Part shown: positions 10,872 through 23,700 of the stretch, one piece after another
Numbering within the stretch: position 1 is the first letter of the stretch
Layout of the letters: every line of letters begins with the position of its first letter
Assembly: GCA_051362555.1 (NCBI GenBank)
Contig: CM120649.1
Coordinates: forward strand, 3,472,001 to 3,536,000
Direction of reading: 5' to 3'
DNA length: 64,000 nt
Origin: Lingula anatina
Taxonomy: Eukaryota; Animalia; Brachiopoda
Made by a program: the position numbers and the translations under genes
Notes under the pieces: model-generated
The model's database searches: none
Seen by the model: only the letters and a program-made list of their open reading frames with translations
What the model was told of the DNA's origin: nothing

Positions 10872-13526
10872 AGGCCGGGTCACACTGCGCTTGCGACCTT
10901 TTTGCAACCTTTTTGCAACCACAAAATCTGGCGGTCGCTTGCGATCACTTTGCAAGCTAATTAAGGAGCTGTGGCCAATTTTGATCAGCAAGCAGTCGCA
11001 AACCGGTTGCAACAAGCTAATTAAGGTTGCAGTATGGTATCTGCAGCCTCTTAAACCCCCTTTACACTGGACGGCGTCCTTTCTGCGTCCTTTGTGCGAC
11101 CATGAATCTGGCCAGGACGCCGTCGGACGCTCAAAGAACGCACAGTGATCGCCAAGGTCGCACAAAGAACGTTCAAGCATCGCCGAGGACGCCATGGACG
11201 CCGCGAAGTTTTGAGCATGTTCAAAACAATCGCAGAGAGAACGCGATGGAGGATGGTCGCTCAATGGACGCAGAAAGGACGCACAAGCATCGCCGTGGTC
11301 GCAGAGAGAACGCACAAGCACCGCCGAGGTCGCAGAGAGGACGCACAAGCATCGCCGCGGTCGTAGAAAGGAGGCACAAGCATCGCTTTGGTTGCAGAAT
11401 GAAAACTCAAAGATCGTCCAGTGTTCGACACGTAGAACGTTATTTTTTTTCACTCTCAAACGGGGCCGTGCTGAGGTATTTTTCACCAGACAGGAATTCT
11501 AATGGCAACAGTGGTCTCATATCAGTCTCCGATTGTTTTTTCCCCTAAAATTCATGAAACGATCCTTTTTTTTTTTTTGAGGTTATTATAAAACGAATAT
11601 TTTGCCTTTTTTACAAGATGCATTAATTGTCAGAACTTTTTGCTGAATGCTTCATTTGAAAACGGATTCAAGCATTCTATGTCGTGTCAGTCATACTTTC
11701 TCGTTTTCGGCGCCTGTCCATCCTTCTTATAAGGAAAACAATGAGCATCTGGCTGATTATCAGTCCATGCAGACCTTGCATCACTATAGTTTAAAGCGTT
11801 TATTCCCATTTATTTGTTTTGTGTGCTGGAAATGTTCTTTATTGGATGACCTGGTTAGAACCGATGAAAAAATATGAGTTAGAATATAGAGAAGGACGCC
11901 CAAACAACGCTCATCGGTCAAGCAGGATGCAGAATGATCGTAGAATGGACGCCACTGATCGCCGATGAAGGTACAGAGAACGCAGCAAGAATGCTCAATG
12001 GTCGCTCAAACATCGCAATGGATGCCTTGGGTTGCACAGGGGACGTACAGTGGAGGCAGGCAGGTTGCTCGCAGTTTTACAGGTAAAATCAAGATTCGGT
12101 CGTTCAAAGGACGCACAAGGGACGCAGACGCCTTTACACTGAGACACGATTTAATAGATTTGGCGACCGTTGAGCGTCCTGACCACATTTTTGAACGCAG
12201 AAGGGACGCAGAAAGGACGTCGTCCAGTGTAAAGGGGCCCTTATAGACCATCTTCAAGTTATAGGTTACCAGTCGCACACTGTTTGCCGAGCGATACACA
12301 ACCTGTCTGCAACCACTTGGTGACCGAAAACCGGTTGCAGGACTGTAGCAATCGCTTGTCAACTGGCAGCAGCAAGGTCGCACAGAATATATATGTTGCC
12401 AACTTGTGACAGTAGCTGCTTTCCCATAAATTCCCCTCTCAAAAGACAAAAAATGTTCTAGTAAAACGACTCCTTTTCAAAAAGACGGGACTGCTATAAT
12501 CATTGACTTTGTTTACCTAAGAAGTTAAACGAGTTAAAAAAACTCGAAAATACTGGGTGAACCCGTGGATTGCAAGACGTCCCTTGTAAGGCGATTACAA
12601 AGATTTGATGAAAGAACTTCCGACTTGAAAATTAGGAAGTTTTCATTTCCTTCCTAAAAATTGAACCAACAATGTTTTGTGAACTTTTGAAAAGGCTACA
12701 CCCTCACCTAACGAAACCAGTGCTGTAATAAAAAACATAAACTTGCATACGTTTTAATCCTATTAATCTCATAATGCTCTTTAATATTTTCTTGTTCAAA
12801 TACTTGGTCTTTGAGGTCGCAAGGCCTGTGCAGTAACGGTCACACTGGACAAAAAACCTCTTTGCGACTTGCAACTGTCACCGGTTGCAAAAAGGTCGGC
12901 GACCGGTTGCAACAACTCGCAAAGTGGTTTCCAAATGAACGCTGGGTTAATATCCAGTTGCGCCGGTTTTCGGTGCAGCACCGATAACCTCCTGGCGACC
13001 GAAAAACCTTCTTGTGGTATCCAACCGGTTACTAACAGGTCGCCGACTGCTTTGCAACTGATTTGCAACCGAATGTGTGGTTTTGCCTTTGTCTTTTTAA
13101 CCCTAGGCGTTTGGCACTTACAATACAACGTAATTAAATCGTGACAAGTCATGCGCATCGTGTACTTTTTACACTCCCATCCTTGTAGTGAGGATACCAA
13201 GCACTGGGAAGATGTTAAATTGTTTGTGTTGAAACTATTTTTATTTAAGTCTATTGGACACATTTTACGATTTGTTCAATTATTTGTGGATAATTTTGAT
13301 TGTTGAAATTATGATATTAAGTAGCAGTTATACCTTGCTGATTAAATTGCTTTTATTTTTCGTTTTCTCTGCATTCGTGTATTTGTTTCATTGTTTACTC
13401 TGATAATATGGCTTTGCAAATTTTAATTAACATACAGCGATATATTATTAAGGTTTTCGGCATTTTACCTATGATTTTCGCAAAATGATAAAATAAATAA
13501 ACGTAGCGTCAAAAAATCGTACATTG

Positions 13527-13579
<53 letters not shown>

Positions 13580-14228
13580 GTTTCGTAAGTGTGAAATACC
13601 TGCTATATGAAAGCCTTGGCAATTGGTATAAAATATTGCCAACAAATGCAATTTATGTTTTCTTTTTCTAAAACATTATAATTTACTACCTTGATATTTA
13701 GAAGGCTTACATAACAAATTATGAAAAAGTATTTGCCCAAATAGACCACCATTCTACGCCTATTTTATTGCAGTCGCTTGCAACCTTCCTGCGACATATT
13801 TTCGAACGCCTGCGATCGGTAAAAAACCTGTTAGCGACCAAGATACTAAAGACCGTCAATCGACCATGCAGTTACAACTGCAACCTTCTGGCGACCTGCT
13901 GCCGACTACTTGCTACTGGTAAAAAACTTGTAAGCGACCAGTCGAATAAATACGGTCAATCGACCGTGCAGTTGCAAATGGTATGCTACTGGTTATAGCA
14001 ACCTACTGACAACCAAGAAGAGACCGATAGGCAACCTTTAGGATACCGATAATTTTCATCTTTAGTCGCACTGGTTGTCGGTGCACAAAAAATGGCCTTC
14101 ATGTGTCAACGATCGCAGGCGACCTGTTAACAACCTTATGCGACCACTTTAAAACCTATGGCAACCTCCTTGCGACTGAGGTTGCAAAGAGGTTGCCAAA
14201 AGGTTGCAAGCGCAGTGTGACTCAGGCT
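10872..14228. mobile_element. Non-autonomous DNA transposon, PIF/Harbinger-like (TAA target duplication)
   Basis: taa|aggccgggtcacactgcgcttgcgacc ... ggttgcaagcgcagtgtgactcaggct|taa; many internal gtcgc/ttgcaac motifs; no transposase ORF. Confidence 0.8.
11054..12240. mobile_element. Second Harbinger-like non-autonomous element nested in the first (TTA duplication)
   Basis: tta|aaccccctttacactggacggcgtcctttctgcgtcc ... ggacgcagaaaggacgtcgtccagtgtaaaggggccc|tta; internal acgcacaagcatcgcc repeats. Confidence 0.82.
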
Positions 14229-14231
14229 TAA

Positions 14232-14860
14232 AGTCATAATAACTCTTCGTTTTGGCCAAAAATTGGATTTTCCTGGAAAAAACGGCAATTTTCCCGTACT
14301 TACCAATGGCCAACGACCCCATTCCTGCATTCAAAGTTAATCCAGGTTTTTTTTCCTAAACGTACGGTTTTTTGTTAAAATCTCTTAAGAGATTTTAACT
14401 GACGGAGCTCTCTCTGACATTGCAAAGTCACTGGTGACCTACTTAAAACCGCGGGAAAAGCAGACAACAACAACACTATATAAGATTCATGAGATATATT
14501 CGTCTTTTTGTTAAAAATGCATTTATATCCGCAATGTGTGCCATTCTGGGCTTTTCGTTATCCGACGCACTGTACAAAAACTCGCAACTTACGTCTGCGT
14601 CTGCACTAATGCGTTTGGCGCCATGTTATTTTGGTCTCGAATGAACGCGAGAATCCGCGTGACACCATTACGTCATTAGCAACGAATGCACTTGTCGACC
14701 GGAAAAAAGGCATCGTAAGCCCTATTGACAAGCACAGATTTTAGTTTTCCTACAATAACGGCCGTTTTAGTGGTAAAATACAATAGAATATATTTCCATG
14801 CGTTTTTTACAATGTATTTCATGCGGATTTTTTAATCTCAAAGGAAGAGTTATTATTGCT
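14232..14860. mobile_element. TTAA-flanked MITE (Kolobok-like)
   Basis: ttaa|agtcataataactcttcgt ... aggaagagttattattgct|ttaa; same TIR core as 21968-28213. Confidence 0.75.
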
Positions 14861-15673
14861 TTAAGGTAATGTAGGTAAGGTGCCTTAATTGAGCTCTGGT
14901 GTTGTCTTTAAAAGACTAGTGAATATACAAATCATTTAGGATGCAAAGATTGGACTTCCCCATTTTCAGCCTGAGGCAAACATTCTCACGTTGTCATCAC
15001 AACATTAATAATGATGTAAGTAATAATTCATACGCGATTAAGATAAATGGACCTTAATCGGAGCCTTTTATCAACCCCAAATCAAGCCGTTTTTAAATCT
15101 AATTTTAAACCAGGAAATTTCCAGTTTGATGGGGATTGCCCTTGCCGTGCATCTATATCGATACTGAAAGAGGAAGGTAGGTAGGGACTCAAGACAATTG
15201 TTCTCCCAGTGTTTTAAATAATTATATGATATCACGTTTAATTAAATAATACTGTAAATAAATAAAACGCAGTATTCCATAGATTGAAAGGACGTAACAC
15301 ATAGCTAGGCATATTGCACACTATTACATGCTTCGCTAACATAGAAGCCGTAAAGACATCTATTTAGTCCGAGCATCTACAAAATGGCGATGTAGATTAT
15401 TGAGGCCCATGACCTTAAACGACCTACTGGACAGTAGTTTACCTAGTCAGGCCATTGCACACGGAGCTATTTCAAAGCGTTTTACTATATTGGCGGGATC
15501 TAGAGTAGCGTACAAGATCACCTGCTACAGTGTAGCATTACCGGTAGCTACCAGTACATGTTAAAAACAGGATGATACTAGTAAGTACACTGAGATGCAT
15601 ATTTTAATATTTTGGAATTTTTTAAAGAAAATCGTATAAACAAATACCCAGTAAAATGAAGAAGAAGTGTGTC

Positions 15674-15693
15674 GGAATTCCCCACTTTCAGTT
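15674..15693 (-). promoter_or_regulatory. NF-kB consensus site (GGGGAATTCC on the minus strand) next to an IRF-like GAACTGAAAGT, ~0.9 kb upstream of the gene B ATG
   Basis: Exact GGGRNWYYCC match; weaker kB-like sites at 15113-15122 and 15131-15141; function is inferred only. Confidence 0.35.
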
Positions 15694-16591
15694 CAGAGTC
15701 GATTCCCGAGAGCGATGCATTACAGTCACGACAGTTTACGGAAATTCAGTACAAGGATACGAGGGGAGAAAGACTAATATACAAACCACAGACTGTACGT
15801 ACTATATCACGCCTTTGTAAAGTTATCAGATGATATTTGGGTGGGTGTATTGTGTTAACAATTGAACTTATACGGACTGTATTCAAATCCAGCAATCACA
15901 AATATCACCTTCGAATTCGAATTAACGACGAGAAGCACTATCTTTTATTCAGACGAAAAAAGGAAGAAAAATAGTATTAACTTTTTTTTCGAACTTATCC
16001 AACATCAGCAAAATTCCCAGTTGTTTGGTATTCCCCTTTACAACAAGAAAAAACGAGGTGAGTTGAGTCAATCAATTACCCTGTTTTACCTTATTCTAAA
16101 ATGTATATCCAGTTATTTTGTAGTAGGAATTTAGAGCGTGCATAATGAATTCGTTGATATTTACTAGAAGACGTTTACTCTTGAATTTCCTAATTTTGAC
16201 CACCCTAAGAGGATGTTGACTTAAATTATTGTCTATCCTGTAATATTTGCCAGGGCATACCACGTACATGTACCAGAGGCAGTGCGTATGCTGTCAAAGG
16301 TCCATTCTAAAATGAAACTGTTTCTACACAAATGATGTTTAGTATACAAAACCACTTATTTACTATTTTACTTGCAATAGGATGTGATAAGCGACGCCAA
16401 AAATGTATAATAAAACATAACAGTGTGTTTCAGTGGTGATTATATTAAATCATTTTCATATTTGTAGAATTTTGCAACACAAAATTCTTGCTATGCGAAA
16501 AAAAATCATTATAAATGTAAACTGAAGGTGTACAAACGTATAACTCCAGGTCTGCTGAACAAATTTCATTTCCGGTGAATAGTCCTTCCCA

Positions 16592-16741
16592 ATGGCTGCA
16601 TATCGTTCATTCAATGCCACGTTCAAGAACAGTCTCCAAAAAGCTGCAGAGATCGGAGATATCGAAACAGTGCGTCAACTGCTAGAAAGTAAAATATGCG
16701 ATGCCAACGAGAGGACAGACACAGTTGGATTGGGCTTACTT
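16592..16741 (+). CDS. Gene B first coding exon, N-cap ankyrin (MAAYRSFNATFKNSLQKAAEIGDIETVRQLLESKICDANERTDTVGLGLL)
   Basis: L..AA..GD.E.VR.LL N-cap pattern; donor gtaagc at 16742; no signal peptide. Confidence 0.8.
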
Positions 16742-17743
16742 GTAAGCATTGCCAAAAATGAACATGCAAAGCATATTTAGAATTTGCTACTCATATGAAT
16801 AAAAAGGAATTTGAGAATAGTTGATAGTAGTTACACAGTAACATGACTCGCAAACAGTGTACAGAATAGGTACAGCACGGAACTGATCCCTACAGTGAGA
16901 ACGAAGTAAGTATATTTTCTTGTAAATATAAATGTGTGGTGCTTGAAATATACATGTACCTGCTCTTCCTTAGTTTGCTTGCGCTACACAAGCAGTTTTT
17001 AATTGTTTAAAATGCATTTTCGTTCTTGAACAAGTGGGTTTTTAATATTATCATTGATACTTGTGTAAACCGATTCTGGCATGTAATTAATACTTCATAC
17101 TTAAAAATAATCTCAAGTTGAGAAATCAAAATAATCTTAATTGAAAGTCCGGTCCTTAAATCCGTGTATCAAATCATTCGTGAATTATCAAAATAAACCA
17201 CTTAAAAGTTCGTTTTGATACATTAATTGCTGAAAATATTTTTAAAAATAAAACCCGAAGACCAAAGAACTCATACAGAGGTGGAAATTTAAACGTGTTT
17301 TCTTAACAGACGTCTCAGATGTGGCTTGGGCTTAATTGGAATAAAAGTAGTGTTCCCTCATTGAGGCACTGTTGTTTAAAGATGGAAATAGTTTTGATAC
17401 ATTCGATTTACAGTGCACCCCGTTTTGTAATGATCCATTAACATGTGATAAAATACCTTTGGTCGGGGATGTCATTTCATCGAAAAATTTATGTATCTTC
17501 AGGATTGCCAGACTCCTCTTCATTACGCTGCTAGTGGTGGCCACAGCGATGTAGATCAAAGTTGTATTTTTAGGACATAAAGCACACTTATCTTTAAAAA
17601 ATCTAAAAAGTTTTAGTATTATATCTACCTTACACACGGTCTTCATGGAATATTAACAGATAAACGTTAGCAGTCTTCCCTTCAACAACGCATTGTATTA
17701 CATCTACATGTAAATTATCTCCCGTACCTGCTGTTGCGGCAGT

Positions 17744-17788
<45 letters not shown>

Positions 17789-20700
17789 ATGACGAAAAAA
17801 GTTTTGATTCATTCAGTTTACAGTGCACCCTTATTTGTATTGTCCACTTACACGGTATACAATATGTCTGTCTGGTGCGTCACCTCTATGATAACATTTT
17901 GTAGGTACCGGTTGACAGGACGCCTCTTCATTACGCTGCTACGGGTGGTCACTGCGATATAGCGGCTCTCCTCATCCAGCACGGAGCTGATCCCTGCAGA
18001 GTGACCTGGGTAGGTATTTGTGTGGTCATTGGTCTCTCTTCGTTACATACGTAGAAATCAAATATGTTTTATGTATTTTTGCATTAACATATAATGTGCT
18101 TTTAAATATTATTATTGATACGTGAATAAACCAATTGGGGTATGTAATTAATCTTTAATATTCTAAAATTATCTCAAATGTAGAAATCAAAAGAAACTTA
18201 ATTTGAGGTCCGGTCCTTAAATCCGTATATCGAATCATTTGTGAATTTTCAAATTGAAGAACTGTACAGTTGGATGTAACACTTAAATTGCTGAAAATAA
18301 ATTGCTGGTATGTCACTTCACTGAAAGCAGTGTGTTTTCTTAGGATGGCCAGACACCTCTTCATTTCGCTGCTACTGCTGGCCACTGCGATATAGCAGCA
18401 TTCCTCATCCAGCACGGAGCTGATCCCTGCAGAGTGACCTGGGTAGGTATATGTGTGGTACTTGGAATATACCACCCCTTCATTGGTCTCTCTTCGTTAC
18501 ATACGTAGTAATCAAATGTATTTTATGTATTTTTGCATTAACATATTATGTGCTTTTAAATATTATTATTAATACGTGAATAAACCAATTGGGGTATGTA
18601 ATTAATCTTTAATATTCTAAAATAATCTCAAATTGAGAAATCAAAAGAAACTTAATTTGAGGTCCGGTCCTTAAATCCGTATATCGAATCATTTGTGAAT
18701 TTTCAAATTGAAAAACTGTACAGTTAGATTTATCACTTAAATTGCTGAAAATATTCCTTAAAAGATGTAACCCGAAAACCAAAGAAGCCGTACAAAGGAG
18801 GAAATTTGAAATGCATATGAGTTTTAAGAAAGACACTTCAGATGTCTTTGAAATAACTAAAAACCTAATATTTTCCCAACATTAGACACGGCGTTACTGG
18901 ATTATTAACGGATAAACGTTAGCAGACTTTCCTTCAATAGCACAATATTATAAATATCAACATGTAAATAAATCCCCTTTACCTAGTTTTTCATCTCTTT
19001 GAGGCAATATTGTTTAAATATGAAAATAGTTTTGATTCGTTCAATTTACAGTGCACCAATTTATTATAATGCTCCATTTACATGTCATTAAATACCTGTC
19101 TGTCTGGTATGTCACTTCATTGAAAGCAGTGTGTTTTCTTAGGATGGCCAGACACCTCTTCATTTCGCTGCTACTGCTGGCCACTGCGACATAGCGGCTC
19201 TCCTCATCCAGCACGGAGCTGATCCCTCCGGTGCAAACAAGGTATGTACATGTGTGGTACTTGAAATATATGCCGCCTCTTCATTAGTCTGTCTTTGTTA
19301 TATACATATTAATTGAATATCTTTATTGCATTTTTGTTTACGAAAATGCAGTAGTATCGAAGCAGTATCGAAGCATCAACGCAGTAGTGGTGTGGAGCAT
19401 ATTTTCAGTAGAAATAGCCTACTACAATTCTACTCCAAAAAGAACATATGTCTACTCCAAAAAGAACATATACAGAGACGAGCATTAATGCAGTAGATTA
19501 GCAGCATGATAGAAGCATGTTTCAAATATGCTAATTAGATACCATATCGAAGCAGATTTGAAGCATGTTTGCAGTATGATTGCAGTAGTCTACTGCGCTG
19601 GAGTATCTACTGCGTTTTCGTGCTCATGAGCTGTAATATTTTTATGTATTATTATTGATACGTGTGTAAACCGATTGTGTCATGTAATTAATCTTTAATA
19701 TTTATAATAATATCAAATTAAGAACAGAAAAAATCTAGTCCGGTCCTTTCATCCGTTTGTCAAAACATTTCTGAATTTCTATGAAATGCTCAAAATCTTC
19801 CTTGAAAATGTTAACCGAAAACTATAGAACAAAGTTGGAAATCTGAAATACATGTATGCTTTATGACAGACACCTCAGGTGTTTTTGAAATAATGATAAC
19901 TAAAAACTGTTAATATTTTTCCAACATTACACACGGTCTTAATATTAATGGAATATTTTAACGGATAAACATAAGCAGTCTTCCCTTTAACAACACATTA
20001 GTGTTGTTGGTGTAGGCTTCATGAAAATCATCTCCCTTACCTGCTGCTGTGTACTAATATGTCATCTTTTTGAGGCACTGTTGTTTAAAGATGATAATAG
20101 TTTTGATTCTTTCAATTTTGAGTGCACCCCGTTTTATAATAAGCCATTTACATTGCGTGAAATATCGTAATATATTATAATGGATGGGTGTATAAACCAA
20201 ATGTGACACATATGTTATCAATATTAATACGATATAACCTCAAATAAAAAAAAGAAATCAAAAGAATCTTAATTCAAAGTCCAGACCATAAGTTTGTTTA
20301 TCAAAAAAATTGTGAATTTTAAAAATTGAGGTACTGTTGTTTGAAGTGGAAAATAATTTTGATTCATTCAGTTTACAGTGCACCCCGTTTTATAGTGATT
20401 TATTTGCATGATATTGTATATCTTCAGGGGGGTCAGACGCCCCTTCATAGCGCTGCTTTTGGTGGTCACAGTGATGTAGCAGCTCTTCTCATTCAGCACG
20501 GAGCTGATCCCAGCAGGTACAGTGTGGTAGGTATACCGTACTTGTAGTACTTGAAGTAAACCATCCCTTCACTGTTCTCTCTTTGTTATATACGTAGTGA
20601 TTGAATATATTTAATGTATTTTCGGTATGTAATTAATCTTTAATACTTTATAATAATCTCAGTTTGAGGAAGTGAAATAATCTTATCTCAAGGTTCAGTC

Positions 20701-23700
20701 CTTAAATTCGATTATCAAATTAATTGTGAATTTTCAAAATAAAGAACTATACAGTTTAATTCAAGGCTTTTAATTGCTGAAAATCGTCCTTGAAGATATA
20801 ACCAGAAAACAAAAGAAGTCGTGCAAAGGTGTAAACCAAAAATGCATTACACACGCTCTTAATATTTATAAAACATTAACGGATAAACATAAGCAGTCTT
20901 CCCTGAAGAAACACATTAGTATTGTTCATGTAGCTTCATGTACTTCATCCCCTTACCTGCTGCTCTGTACTAATATGTCATCTCTTTGAGGGACTGTTGT
21001 TTAGAGATGACAATAGTTTTGATTCGTTCAATTTAGAGTGCACCCCGTTTTATAATAATTCATTCTGATACTTACGTCATTTCATTGAAAAAATTGTTCA
21101 TTTTCAGGATGCTCGGAGTCCTCTTTTTGACGCTGCTATGGGTGGTCACTGCGATGTAGTAACTCTCCTCATCCAGCACGGAGCTGATCCCTGCAGTATG
21201 AACTGGGTAGGTACGTGTGGTAATTGGTGAAATCGTCTCTTAAATGACTACGTCTTGGGTTGGCTCCATTCAAGTAGCTGTGACCTGGTGCATGGATACG
21301 AGCTGTCTTTGTTATATACGCAGTAATTGGATATCTTTATTGTATTTTCGTACATGAGTATACGTTTTTATGATTATTATTAGTGATACGTGTATAAACC
21401 GCTTTTGCCATGTAATTATTTTTAAACATTTATAATAATCTCAAATTTAGAAATTAAAATAATCTAGTGCGGTCCTTTGTTCCACTTATCAAAACAATTG
21501 AGAATTTTTAAAATCAAGAACTATAAGTTCGTTGTTATACTATTAACTGCTGAAAATCTTCCTTGAAAATGTTACTGAAAGCCAAAGGACTCGTACAAAC
21601 ATATGCATGTGTGTTTTATGACAGACACCTCAGATGCCTTTGATTATAATAATAATTCATTTACATGGCATGATATATTAATTTTTTGTTTGTCTGGTAT
21701 GTCAGTTCATTGACAACATTGTGCATCTTCAGATGAGAGTGACGCCTCTTCATGACGCCGCTATGGGAGGTCACCGCGATGTAGCAGCTCTTCTCATTCA
21801 GCACGGAGCTGATCCTTGCAGTGAGGACTGGGTAGGTATATGTATGGTACTAGAAATAAATAATTTGTATTATTATCGATTTATGTATAAACCGGATGTG
21901 GCGTGTAATTTTTACTTAATATGCCACAATGACCTCAAATTGAGAAATCAAAAGAATCTTAATTCAAAGGGGTAATAACTCTTCGTGTGACGAAGCTGTT
22001 GGCTTGTCTTCTTCATGTTACGCGAGGTAGCAAATACAACTCAGATATTATCTTTTTTATTATTTATTGAACTACTGTCCAGTTATTACCCGCGCCGCTT
22101 CCTTCATTTCTATTCCTACCTCATACAATCTCTAGCGGCCTTCTCTCTGTTTACACTAAGCGTAGTTGTATAAATACCATAAGAGCATGTCAATCAACCT
22201 AAGTTACTCTACTAAACACTCCCCGCTCTTATTCACTGCATGCTGTCACTTACTAACGTTCCATTCGTATAATTGAGATCTATATTTCACAATAAAAACA
22301 TTGTGAACAACTCATAGAAATACAAAATGTTCTGTTGTACTGCAAAAAGGACAGTTATGGGGAAAGGAGACAAGATGGCGTAGAGGATGACACGAACTCT
22401 AGGACACGGGACATAAATTGGTCTTTCTTGACATAGACAAGTGAACACAACGTCTGATGTGGTACATTCTGAACAAGTGTACATCCGTGAACGAGCTGAT
22501 CGGGTGGAGAAAGCACAAATAAGGTGAATAACTGATATTTTTTAACCTCATCACATAGACATAGTCTGCGCGAACGTCGCATAGTGGATGATACACACTG
22601 ACTACATTAAATTTCACGCAGTGCTGTCAACCTTTCAGCATGTCATCCAAACACACAAAAAACACTAAAAAGGGTGAGCCTACACCCAAACGTACGCACA
22701 GCGAAGTCTCCAATACAAGTGCTGAAGAAAATAGCAGCATTATCTTAGCGGAACTAGAAGAAATAAAATCTTATATGAAAGACATGATAAACAAAGACGA
22801 ACTGAAAGAACTAGTAACCACCTTAGTTACAGAAATGTTAAAAGAAATGAAAAAAGAAATGGGTTCACAAATCAACAATATGCGAGAGAAATTAGACTTC
22901 CTGGAATTTGAAAATAAAAACCTTACAGAAAACATTGCAAGGAAAGACAAAGATTTACTTAAATTGAAAGAGGAGATAAAAGATTGAGGCGGACAAACGA
23001 TCAAACTACAACGAACAGTATTCACGTAAGAACAATATTAAAATCTACGGGATAAAGGAAGAGACAAAGGAGAACACCAAGTCCGTCGTACGCGACACAT
23101 TGAAGGAAGTAGCACAGATAACACTCCGGGATGATGACATTCTAGCAGTACATCGTATACCTGGGGCAAAAACACAACAACCGAGACCTATAATTTTACG
23201 AGTGAATAACACGGAGACAAAAGCTAAATTCATGAGGTGCAGAAGGGCAATGAAAACCTCGAGGCAAAACTTGAGACTGGCAGATGACGTCACAAAAAAG
23301 AACGCGCAACTTATCCAGCGCCTCGTTAACCACCCTGAAATTGATCAAGCATGGTACTTTAATGGGTCAGTTTATGGTCGGCCGAAAGACAGCACAAAAA
23401 GGGTGAAATTTGACCTGCACGATGATATTAATTTAAAGATAAGAAACGCTTGAGCATGAACTTTATTCCTCCTTTTTCCATTTTCCTCTTGCTTTAATTT
23501 TGCACATAAAACCAATTGTCGCACAAAACTGAACGCTCTCCCATGTACGTTTTCTTATATGTAGTATATTGTGTGAGTGTATGTTTGTGTTTAAATGAGG
23601 TGAGTAAGTGGATAATGGCCGTGCGTAAGACTGAGATTGTGTGCGAAAGTAAAAGTGTGCACGTGATACATGTCTGTTTGTCAAGCGATGAAAAGAATGG

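Noticed and set aside
10854-13263. Long GC-rich ORFs (147-210 aa) on both strands
   Set aside because: They lie in the repetitive subterminal arrays of non-autonomous transposons, overlap each other and show no recognisable domain.
1-21960. CRISPR-like appearance of conserved repeats alternating with variable sequence
   Set aside because: Units are hundreds of bp long and are exon+intron duplications with AG/GT sites; there are no cas genes and the context is eukaryotic.
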